A stretch of 64,000 nucleotides of DNA from Rebecca billardiae RCC1528 (taxonomy: Eukaryota > Protista > Haptophyta): positions 1 to 64,000 of the forward strand of contig OZ251245.1 of NCBI GenBank assembly GCA_965240325.2, given 5' to 3'. The notes beneath the pieces are model-generated. The model worked only from the letters and a program-made list of their open reading frames with translations, searched no databases and was not told the DNA's origin. Below are positions 21,960 through 32,800 of the stretch, one piece after another. Each line of letters starts with the position of its first letter. Positions within the stretch are counted from its first letter, which is position 1. The position numbers and the translations under genes are program-made.

Positions 21960-24782
21960 TGCTGGCGGCAGCGGCCCAGCGCGCGCCGTCGCGCGAGCAG
22001 ACGGCGCTGACCGCCAGGATGAACGAGGCGTGCGCGCACGCGGGGGCGCAAGCGCTCGCCGCCGTCGAGTCGGAGGTGCAGTTCGTCCGCGCGTGCGCTG
22101 GCTTCGTCACCGTGTACCAGGCGGAGAGCCCGGCGGGCGCCTCGCGCCTTTATGTGACGAGTGCCGACGAGCGGTGGCAGTTGCGAACGCGCGGCGAGGC
22201 GAAGTGGGACCGGCTGCGCGACGCGATGCACGCTGCTGGAGCGCTCGAGAGCACACTGCTGCGGCTCTTCAAACCGCGCGGGGGAGAGATGCCGATCTCG
22301 CAGCCGACACACGTCCTGTCGCTGGCTGTCTGCCTTGCAAAGGTGACCGCACTGGAGGGTGTGCACGCGGCCGACACCGCTCTCTGCGTGATCAAGGCTC
22401 ACGGAGCTGGCGTCAACCAACGCGCGCGCCGAGCTGCAGCTGGCGGCGCGGACACCGGACCACCCGCGCACCGATGGCCCGGGCACGAGCTCGGTGACGC
22501 AGTCGCAGCCGACCGCGCCTGGCCAGCAGCAGGTGGCTGGGCCTCTGGCCGGCTCTGGCGATGGGCCCGGGTCTCTGGTGGCGGGGATTGGCGCCGCCGC
22601 GGCCTCGACCAAGCCGAACGTTGTGCTAGCAGGAGGCAGCCAGCCTGCGTGCGTGTCGCACATGCTGCGGTGCAGCACGACGCCCGCAGCGCGCCAAGTT
22701 GCGCGCGAGCTGGCCGCAGGTGGGGCGCTGACCCGCGCGCACAGGGCGGCCCTCGGCGGCAAAGTGGTCGTCGTCACGTGCAGGTGGGAATGGCGGGCCG
22801 AGCTCGATCGCGACGAGACCGCCAAGCTGTACCACATCTCTGTGATCGGAGGCAGAGAGGGCGGCAGCGGTGGGGGCCAGCTGCAGCGCGCGCTGGGTGC
22901 GCTGTCCAGCCCCAGCGGCACGCGCGCGCCCTCGCCCGTCTGGGTCGTGTACCAGGGCGAGAAGGCGATGCGAACCACAGCAGGCGTCGCCGTGCCGCGC
23001 CGAGTGCTGCACGTGGCGGGCGCTGCCGTGACCGGGGAGCTGCGCGCGCTGCTCGGGATGCCCGACCCGACCGGTGGGCCTGGCGCCCGCGCCACGATCG
23101 GCCAGCTGACGCTCACTCGCGACGGTGCGGCGAGCGTGCTGAGCGTCGACGAGCAGCTGACCGTGCTGGAGAAGCTGGGGCGCTCGCAGTCGACGTCCGT
23201 GGGCCAGCGAAGCGCGCGCGGCGGCCTGGCGTGCGCGCTGCGCACGACTCGTGTCCGCCCGGGGCCCCGGCCGCTGCCCAGCGCGCGCCGGCCGCGACCG
23301 GAGCCGACGCCATCGCCGAGCGATGGCGGCGGCAAGCGCCCGCTCGCGCCGGCTGCCGACGCTGTCGACGGTCCTCGCGCCGCCGGACGGCCGCAACCGA
23401 CGGCCGCGGTGGCGCAGGTGTACGCGCGCCTCTTTGCGCGCCGTGGCTTGGCGGCAGACGGACGTGCTGCACCATCCGGCGATGGCCACCGCGGCGTCGG
23501 CAGCAGTGGCGGCGGCGACGGCGGCGGCGGCCCGTGGGCCGGCCCGCGGCTGGGTGCTGTGCACGAGGATGTGCTCGAGCGTCTGGTCGGGCTCGGCAGC
23601 ACCGGCAGCAGCAGCGCTCGGAACGGCAGCGCCGTGCCGAGCCTGGACCTGAGCGAGTGGGCGAGCGCAGAGCTGCGCAGTGGCGCGGTGGAGCACCTGC
23701 CGGTGGCATCAGTGCCGCCGCCCTCGGGCGGCAGCCGCGCACGCGTCACGCCGGTGATCGTCGAGGCGCCCTGCGGCAGCGCGTCCATGCTGCGCTGGAT
23801 GCTCCACCTCCTGGACGCGCTTGGCGCGCACACCGGAGCGGGCGGAGCAGCTGCGCGCATCGCCGCTGTGGCGGTGGAGCGCGAGCGCGCCCTCGCCGAG
23901 ACGCTGGTCGCTGACGCTGGCTTCACGGTGCTGGTGTGGCCAGGCGACGTTGTGCGGCGCGGACTGCCGCTGCACGTGATGCCGGGCTAGCGCCTGCTCA
24001 TCATTGCTGACATGCTCGACGCGCAGTTTCAGCACGTGTTGGGCGTGTGGCAAGCGGCCAACGCGCCCATCCTCCGCGCTGGAGGCACGCCGTGCAGCGA
24101 AAGCTCGCAGCTGTGTGGCCAGCAGCACTGCGCGACCTGCGGAAACCGCCACCGCTTCGCGACAGGCGAGACCGAGCTGCCGCTCGCCCTGAGGCAGGAG
24201 GGCTCCGAGGAGCTGGCGAGGCTGAACGCGCTCGCCGCGCGAGCGGCGTACGATGCGAGCGGCGGCAGCAGCCAGGCAATCCTGGAGATGTCCGCGGCAG
24301 CGTCGGTCTTCGAGCTGCCAGGCCTCCGCGCGCTGCACCAGGGAGGCAGCGCTATCGGCTCGCACGCACTCACGTCCCACTGCGCATTCACGGACGAGCG
24401 ACTGGACGGGCGCGTGCGCACGCTGGCCCAGCGTGCGGCAGCGGCCGACAGCGAGGCAGAGGTGGGGCCGTGCAGCATGCAGCTGCACGGCGCGCAGAAG
24501 GCCACACAGCTCATCGTGACGGGAAGGGGGAGCGACGCGTCGCACCGCCTGCCAGCTACGGCTGTGAGGCCACGCTGCTCTTCCGAGCACCCGTGCGAGC
24601 TGCTGCTGGCGCAGCCGCCAACTGGTGCCGCGGCCAAGCGCCAGAGGCGGCACCCAGCTGGCGTGAAGGACTGCCCGCGGGCGTACTACCACGTCCCAGT
24701 GCTGCTGTGCCTGGAGCTGGCAGTGGTGGTGCTGGGGCGCCTGACTGGCACCTGGGCGCACCCGCCAGCGGGCAACGGCTAG
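21960..24782 (+). pseudogene. Interrupted C5 cytosine DNA methyltransferase-like gene with a long N-terminal extension
   Basis: ORFs 22494-23990 and 24012-24782 share a frame and are separated by one TAG. Ordered motifs: VIVEAPCGSAS (I), AVAVE (II), GDV or IADM (III), GGTPCSESS (IV, catalytic PC), AILEM (VI-like), SHCAF, QKAT, YHVPxLL (X-like). Apparent frameshift near 22396; start is uncertain. Confidence 0.62.
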
Positions 24783-26518
24783 GCTCAGGTGGGTGCCAGT
24801 TCATCGGAGCCGTCTGCGCGGCGGCAGTTATTATGTATGTATAGGTCACTGCTGCTGCCTGCTGGCTGCTCAGCCGGCGCCCGTACGCGACTAATATATC
24901 GTCCGTCGTCGTCACTGCTGACGATCGATGCCGGATTATACAGCCTGCTGCGCCCGTCGCCATGGCGGATCTTATTATTATATGCGCCGATGATCGATGC
25001 TAGTCATATGGCTATTACTGCTGGTACTTGGCGGTAGTACAAGTCGTCGATCAGATTCGGTGCGCGCGCAAGACGCCAGCCAGCAGAGCACCGCGTCGCA
25101 GTGAACCGACGAGCGCACGTACGCGTCGAGCTCATGCTGACAATAGCGGCAGGACTACCGTCACAGTGCGGCTGATGTGCACGGGCCGGCACACGTGGCA
25201 AGCAGCGGCGGCTGGCCAAAGTGCGCAGGGCGAGAGCGCGCAGTCGCTCGCGCCGACGCTGGCCCTGCTCTGGGCTGCTGTGGCTGCCACGCACTCAGCT
25301 CGGAGTGATGGGATACCCGCGGCGGGCTCTGCTGCGAGCGCGGTGGGGGTGGAACCGAGGCTCGGCAGCGGTCACAGCGGGTGGACAGGCTGCTGCGCGG
25401 GGAGCGGAGGGACGGGCGACAGGCTGGGCGTGCGCGGCGGCGGGCTCTGCGACAACCTCGGCGGCAGGCACGGCGGGCGGCGGTGCAGGTGGCGGTGGGC
25501 TCGGCTGTGGCCACGGCAGCGGCGTTGAGGGCGGCTGCGAGGCGAGGGCGGCGGTGAGGGCAGCGGGCGGGCGGGGGGCGACGCCCCGGGCCACGGCACA
25601 GCTCGCGCGGCGGGAGAGACACGCCATCGCCGCCCGCCATCGCCGCCGCCATTCGCCGACGAAAAAAAAGGAATTCGGCAACACCAAAATTGGAAATCCG
25701 CAGGAGCAGGACGATAGGATTTCCATCGAAATTCGAAATTGTGAATATTGGCCGCGGCGAGCCCTGGGTCACTGGCTGAGCCTAGGTCGCTGAGCTCGCT
25801 GGGTGGCGGCTGTCACGCCCCGCGCCGCGCGAGCGCGCGGCGCGCTCGCACGTGAGTGCACCGCTCGCCCGAGCGGCGGCGGCGGCACGCGCGCGCTGCC
25901 GCTGCTCGGGTGCGCCAAGCGGCCACTGCAACCTAGGCGTCAGCTGGAGGCGGCCACCGCCCGACCGCCGTCCGAGCTGACCGGCCGGCCGGCTGGGTGC
26001 CACGGCACGCAGAGCGGCTGCAGCGCAAGCGCGGCGGCGGCAGGCGCAAGGGGCGCGCGGGCACCAGCATCCGCGCCCAAGCTACCCACTCTGCCGCGCT
26101 GCCGGGCACTGGCTCGCGGGCGCACCCAGCGCTCGTCGCCGCTCGGTGTAGCCCCGCTGCCGAGCGTGGACGGGTCGGCCGCTCGGCTGCCGACCTACCG
26201 CGCGGCAGCGTTGGGTGAGGCGAGGAGCGGAGGTCCGCGCGAAGAGGCGCGCGCACGCGCAACGCGAGCGCTCGCTCGCGCACCGCCGCCTCCAGCGCTG
26301 CCCGAGGCGATGCCTCGCACGCTGGCCACCGCCGCCGCACCCGCTGCGCTGGCTGGCGCCCCCGGACGCCGGCTGTGACGTCTCGGCCGGCCGGGCAGCA
26401 TGGTGGGCACGTGAGGAGAGCGAGGGCGCGCGTGCGCGCCGCGCGCGGCGCGTACGCGCTAACCGCGCGATCCACGCACACTGCGGGCATGCGCGCGGCG
26501 CCCTCACCACCGCCGCCG

Positions 26519-28465
26519 GCGCCGGTGGCGGCAGAAGGCTTGCACCTTGCTCTGCGCATTCAGTCATGAGGCTGTCGAAATAAGGCTCAAGGGTGGGGGC
26601 TGCCGCCCCCACACCCCCGCTTTTTTCTTCCGTGGGGGCTGCCGCCCCCACACCCCCGCTTTGGACCGCCTCCGAACGCTCGTTCAGCCCGCTCACTGCC
26701 GGCGGCGCCGGCGGCGGGCGCGGCGCGCGGGAGCAGCTCGGTGGCAGCCATCGTCGCCGGCGGCAATTTTTGGCGGTGGCATGGAAAAAACAAGTAGTCG
26801 TAGTATTCAAAAACCAATATTCGGACAGATTCGCCCGGTGAAACGGCCGCGCGCTGGACTGAGGCTCTGCTGCCGCCGCGCAATGGCGGCCGGCCCGCCC
26901 AGCGTCGTGGCTGGGCGACTCTGGAGGGTGAGAGCGGCGGAACGGCATATGAGAAGGGTCGGAAGAAGCTATCAGGCGACTCAGTGGGGCATGCTGGTCA
27001 CGTCAGGCAGCTTTGTTGCCGCGCCCCCGACCCGCTCGCCACCTGCACTGTTGTTGGGCGCCGGTCGGGTCTGCAGCCGTGCGCCGAAGTAAACTGGTGG
27101 TCGTAAGGCTGAAGGGGGGGGCTGCCGCCGCCATACAGCCGCTCTTTATCTTGCGGGGCTGCCGCCTTCACACGCCCGCGCGCTCTTTCGGCCGCCTCCG
27201 CACGCTCGGTCAGCCCGCTCACCGCCAGCGCCGGTGGCGGCAGAAGGCTTGCACCTTGCTCTGCGCATTCAGTCATGAGGCTGTCGAAATAGGGCTCTAG
27301 GGTGGGGGCTGCCGCCCCCACACCCCCGCTTTTTCTTCCGTGGGGGCTGCCGCCCCCACACCCCCGCTTTGGACCGCCTCCGAACGCTCGTTCAGCCCGC
27401 TCACTGCCGGCGGCGCCGGCGGCGGGCGCGGCGCGCGGGAGCAGCTCGGTGGCAGCCATCGTCGCCGGCGGCAATTTTTGGCGGTGGCATGGAAAAAACA
27501 AATAGTCGTAGTATTCAAAAACCAATATTCGGACAGATTCGCCCGGTGAAACGGCCGCGCGCTGGACTGAGGCTCTGCTGCCGCCGCGCAATGGCGGCCG
27601 GCCCGCCCAGCGTCGTGGCTGGGCGACTCTGGAGGGTGAGAGCGGCGGAACGGCATATGAGAAGGGTCGGAAGAAGCTATCAGGCGACTCAGTGGGGCAT
27701 GCTGGTCACGTCAGGCAGCTTTGTTGCCGCGCCCCCGACCCGCTCGCCACCTGCACTGTTGTTGGGCGCCGGTCGGGTCTGCAGCCGTGCGCCGAAGTAA
27801 ACTGGTGGTCGTAAGGCTGAAGGGGGGGGGCTGCCGCCGCCATACAGCCGCTCTTTATCTTGCGGGGCTGCCGCCTTCACACGCCCGCACGCTCTTTCGG
27901 CCGCCTCCGCACGCTCGGTCAGCCCGCTCACCGCCAGCACCGGTGGCGGCAGAAGGCTTGCACCTTGCTCTGCGCATTCAGTCATGAGGCTGTCGAAATA
28001 GGGCTCTAGGGTGGGGGCTGCCGCCCCCACACCCCCGCTTTTTCTTCCGTGGGGGCTGCCGCCCCCACACCCCCGCTTTGGACCGCCTCCGAACGCTCGT
28101 TCAGCCCGCTCACTGCCGGCGGCGCCGGCGGCGGGCGCGGCGCGCGGGAGCAGCTCGGTGGCAGCCATCGTCGCCGGCGGCAATTTTTGGCGGTGGCATG
28201 GAAAAAACAAGTAGTCGTAGTATTCAAAAACCAATATTCGGACAGATTCGCCCGGTGAAACGGCCGCGCGCTGGACTGAGGCTCTGCTGCCGCCGCGCAA
28301 TGGCGGCCGGCCCGCCCAGCGTCGTGGCTGGGCGACTCTGGAGGGTGAGAGCGGCGGAACGGCATATGAGAAGGGTCGGAAGAAGCTATCAGGCGACTCA
28401 GTGGGGCATGCTGGTCACGTCAGGCAGCTTTGTTGCCGCGCCCCCGACCCGCTCGCCACCTGCAC
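26519..28465. repeat. ~709-bp tandem repeat, ~2.75 near-identical copies
   Basis: CCGGTGGCGGCAGAAGGCTTGCACC recurs at ~26522, ~27231 and ~27940; ORF translations repeat at +708 and +709. Confidence 0.95.
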
Positions 28466-28647
28466 GGTTGACGTGAGCCGGTCGGAGGCCCGGTCGGGCT
28501 CCGCCCGCCCACGCGACGAGCCAAGACTCGAGATCGGCATATGAGACTGCCGCCAAATAAATTGGGGAGGGGTCCTCATACCATGCCCATCACGACCAGC
28601 CGAGTGCGCGCGTGGCCCCGTGATTTTGGGGAGTGGGCACCTCTTAT

Positions 28648-29547
28648 ACACGTGCACGGCGCGCACGCCCGCGAGCGCCGCGATGCGCCGCGGCGTGCGC
28701 TGATCCCGCACGTCACCGTGCCCATGGCGGCGAGCACCCCCGCACGAGTACACGGCGCCGCACGCCGAGAGCAGCAGCGTGTGCTCCGAGCCCGCGGCCA
28801 CGCCGCCCACGCGCACGCCGTCCAGCGCCTCGATGCGAGTCGGCCCCAGCCGGTGCTCCGTGTCGCCGTGGCCGAGCTCGCCTTGGCTGTTGTAACCCCA
28901 GCTGTACGCCGCGCCACCAGCCGTCAGCGCGAGGCTGTGATGGTAACCGGCAGCGATGCTGACGACGAGCTCCGCCACCTGCACGAACGCCCGTCGCTCA
29001 GCCTTGTCGCCCACGCCCAGCTGGCCGTACACGTTGCGGCCACACGCGTACACGGCGCCCGCCTCGCTCAGCGCGAGCAGGTGGTGCCCACCCGCCGCAA
29101 CGGCCCGCACGCGCACCGCCACCAGCGAGCCTACGCGCGTAGGCACGAGCACGTCCGTACCCATGCTGAGCTCGGGATGGCCCAGCCACGTGCCGCACGT
29201 GTGCACGCCGCCGGCACCGTCAACGACGGCGGAGAAGCCCATACCCATGGTTGGGCTGGCGGACGCGACGTACGTGTGCGCGTGCGCGAGCTTCAGTATG
29301 CGCTCGCGCGCGAGCAGCTCCTCCACCCACGTGGACACGCCCGCGGGCAGGGCCGCCGGCAGCGCGGCCTCGTGCCCGCGCGCGCGCGCGCGCTCGCGCA
29401 GCGCGTGCTCGAGCGGCCGGCGTTGGCGGCGGCGAGGTCGCGCACGTCATCGAAGTGAGCGAGAATGCGCGCGATCAGCTCGGGCGGCACGTCGGTCAGC
29501 CGGACGGTCGCCGCTGCGGTAGGCGCGCGCGTCGTCTGTTTGCCCAC
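28648..29547 (-). pseudogene. F-box plus RCC1-repeat protein, frameshifted and 3'-truncated
   Basis: F-box-like LTDVPPELIARILAHFDDVRDL lies in one frame; RCC1 repeats (VAAGGHHLLAL..GAVYACGRNVYGQLG, IAAGYHHSLAL..AYSWGYNSQGELGHGD, VAAGSEHTLLL) lie in another; the similarity ends abruptly at GVRAVHV. Confidence 0.85.
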
Positions 29548-29864
29548 GCCGGGGCGGCCCGGCTCGACGGTTAGCCGACAAGGCGACTGGCAGGACGACA
29601 TTACAGTCGGCATATACGACTAGCGTACGACTGTCTTGCAGATCTGAACGTGTACAGTCGTAGTGCCGTACTTGCGCATGTTAATATAGAATGTACGACA
29701 GAAAGCTAGTGTGTCAGCACGGTGTACGCACGGAACCCACGCGCGCAGCTGCTCAGCTCAATGGCACTGTGCGCATCCAGATGCTCAATCGTCACACTCT
29801 CGATGAGTGCCGCCCCCCTACAATGCCATCGTCGCGGATTGGGGCGCATCACGCACGCGCAGCG

Positions 29865-32800
29865 CGAGCTCGAGCGCCGCGCGGCCGAGTGAGACTCGGC
29901 GCGGCGGGAGCGCGCGCGTCTGAACGCGGGCGTTCAAAAGACACGGCGCGAGACCGGCACCGTCCGCCGCCGCGAGGCGCTGCTGCGCGTGCAGCAGCGC
30001 GGCGCGCGCCGCTCGGCCGCACTCGGCTGCCACTCGGCTGCACTCGGCAGCAGACGTGGCCGCCGCGCGCCGCGCGCCGAGCTCGAGCGCCGCGCGGCCG
30101 AGTGAGACTCGGCGCGGCGGGAGCGCGCGCGTCTGAACGCGGGCGTTCAAAAGACACGGCGCGAGACCGGCACCGTCCGCCGCCGCGAGGCGCTGCTGCG
30201 CGTGCAGCAGCGCGGCGCGCGCCGCTCGGCCGCACTCGGCTGCCACTCGGCTGCACTCGGCAGCAGACGTGGCCGCCGCGCGCCGCGCGCCGAGCTCGAG
30301 CGCCGCGCGGCCGAGTGAGACTCGGCGCGGCGGGAGCGCGCGCGTCTGAACGCGGGCGTTCAAAGGACACAGCGCGAGACCGGCGCCGTCCGCCGCCGCG
30401 AGGCGCTGCTGCGCGTGCAGCAGCGCGGCGCGCAACTCGGCCGCACTCGGCTGCCACTCGGCTGCACTCGGCAGCAGCTGCGGCGCGCCGCGCGCCGCGC
30501 GCCGAGCTCGAGCGCCGCGCGGCCGAGTGAGACTCGGCGCGGCGGGAGCGCGCGCACCTGAACGCGGGCGTTCAAAAGACACAGCGCGAGACCGGCACCG
30601 TCCGCCGCCGCGAGGCGCTGCTGCGCGTGCAGCAGCGCGCGCCGCTCGGCTGCACCCGCTCGGCTGCCACTCGGCTGCACTCGGCAGCAGCTGCGGCGCG
30701 CCACGCGCCGCGCGCCGAGCTCGAGCGCCGAGCGGCCGAGTGAGACTCGGCGCGGCGGGAGCGCGCGCGTCTGAACGCGGGCGTTCAAAAGACACGGCGC
30801 GAGACCGGCGCCGTCCGCCGCCGCGAGGCGCTGCTGCGCGTGCAGCAGCGCGCGCCGCTCGGCTGCACCCGCTCGGCTGCCACTCGGCTGCACTCGGCAG
30901 CAGCTGCGGCGCGCCGCGCGCCGCGCGCCGAGCTCGAGCGCCGCGCGGCCGAGTGAGACTCGGCGCGGCGGGAGCGCGCGCACCTGAACGCGGGCGTTCA
31001 AAAGACACAGCGCGAGACCGGCACCGTCCGCCGCCGCGAGGCGCTGCTGCGCGTGCAGCAGCGCGCGCCGCTCGGCTGCACCCGCTCGGCTGCCACTCGG
31101 CTGCACTCGGCAGCAGCTGCGGCGCGCCACGCGCCGCGCGCCGAGCTCGAGCGCCGCGCGGCCGAGTGAGACTCGGCGCGGCGGGAGCGCGCGCGTCTGA
31201 ACGCGGGCGTTCAAAAGACACAGCGCGAGACCGGCACCGTCCGCCGCCGCGAGGCGCTGCTGCGCGTGCAGCAGCGCGCGCCGCTCGGCTGCACCCGCTC
31301 GGCTGCCACTCGGCTGCACTCGGCAGCAGCTGCGGCGCGCCGCGCGCCGCGCGCCGAGCTCGAGCGCCGCGCGGCCGAGTGAGACTCCGCGCGGCGGGAG
31401 CGCGCGCGTCTGAACGCGGGCGTTCAAAAGACACAGCGCGAGACCGGCACCGTCCGCCGCCGCGAGGCGCTGCTGCGCGTGCAGCAGCGCGCGCCGCTCG
31501 GCTGCACCCGCTCGGCTGCCACTCGGCTGCACTCGGCAGCACGCGCCGCGCGCCGCGCGCCGAGCTCGAGCGCCGCGCGGCCGAGTGAGACTCGGCGCGG
31601 CGGGAGCGCGCGCACCTGAACGCGGGCGCTCAAAAGACACAGCGCGAGACCGGCACCGTCCGCCGCCGCGAGGCGCTGCTGCGCGTGCAGCAGCGCGGCG
31701 CGCGCCGCTCGGCCGCACTCGGCTGCACTCGGCAGCAGACGTGGCCGCCGCGCGCCGCGCGCCGAGCTCGAGCGCCGAGCGGCCGAGTGAGACTCGGCGC
31801 GGCGGGAGCGCGCGCACCTGGAGGCGGGCGTTCAAAAGACACAGCGCGAGACCGGCGCCGTCCGCCGCCGCGAGGCGCTGCTGCGCGTGCAGCAGCGCGC
31901 GCCGCTCGGCTGCACCCGCTCGGCTGCCACTCGGCTGCACTCGGCAGCACGCGCCGCGCGCCGCGCGCCGAGCTCGAGCGCCGCGCGGCCGAGTGAGACT
32001 CGGCGCGGCGGGAGCGCGCGCACCTGAACGCGGGCGCTCAAAAGACACAGCGCGAGACCGGCACCGTCCGCCGCCGCGAGGCGCTGCTGCGCGTGCAGCA
32101 GCGCGGCGCGCGCCGCTCGGCCGCACTCGGCTGCACTCGGCAGCAGACGTGGCCGCCGCGCGCCGCGCGCCGAGCTCGAGCGCCGCGCGGCCGAGTGAGA
32201 CTCCGCGCGGTGGGAGCGCGCGCGTCTGAACGCGGGCGTTCAAAAGACACAGCGCGAGACCGGCACCGTCCGCCGCCGCGAGGCGCTGCTGCGCGTGCAG
32301 CAGCGCGCGCCGCTCGGCTGCACCCGCTCGGCTGCCACTCGGCTGCACTCGGCAGCACGCGCCGCGCGCCGCGCGCCGAGCTCGAGCGCCGCGCGGCCGA
32401 GTGAGACTCGGCGCGGCGGGAGCGCGCGCGTCTGAACGCGGGCGTTCAAAAGACACAGCGCGAGACCGGCACCGTCCGCCGCCGCGAGGCGCTGCTGCGC
32501 GTGCAGCAGCGCGCGCCGCTCGGCTGCACCCGCTCGGCTGCCACTCGGCTGCACTCGGCAGCACGCGCCGCGCGCCGCGCGCCGAGCTCGAGCGCCGCGC
32601 GGCCGAGTGAGACTCGGCGCGGCGGGAGCGCGCGCACCTGAACGCGGGCGCTCAAAAGACACAGCGCGAGACCGGCACCGTCCGCCGCTGCGAGGCGCTG
32701 CTGCGCGTGCAGCAGCGCGGCGCGCGCCGCTCGGCCGCACTCGGCTGCACTCGGCAGCAGACGTGGCCGCCGCGCGCCGCGCGCCGAGCTCGAGCGCCGA

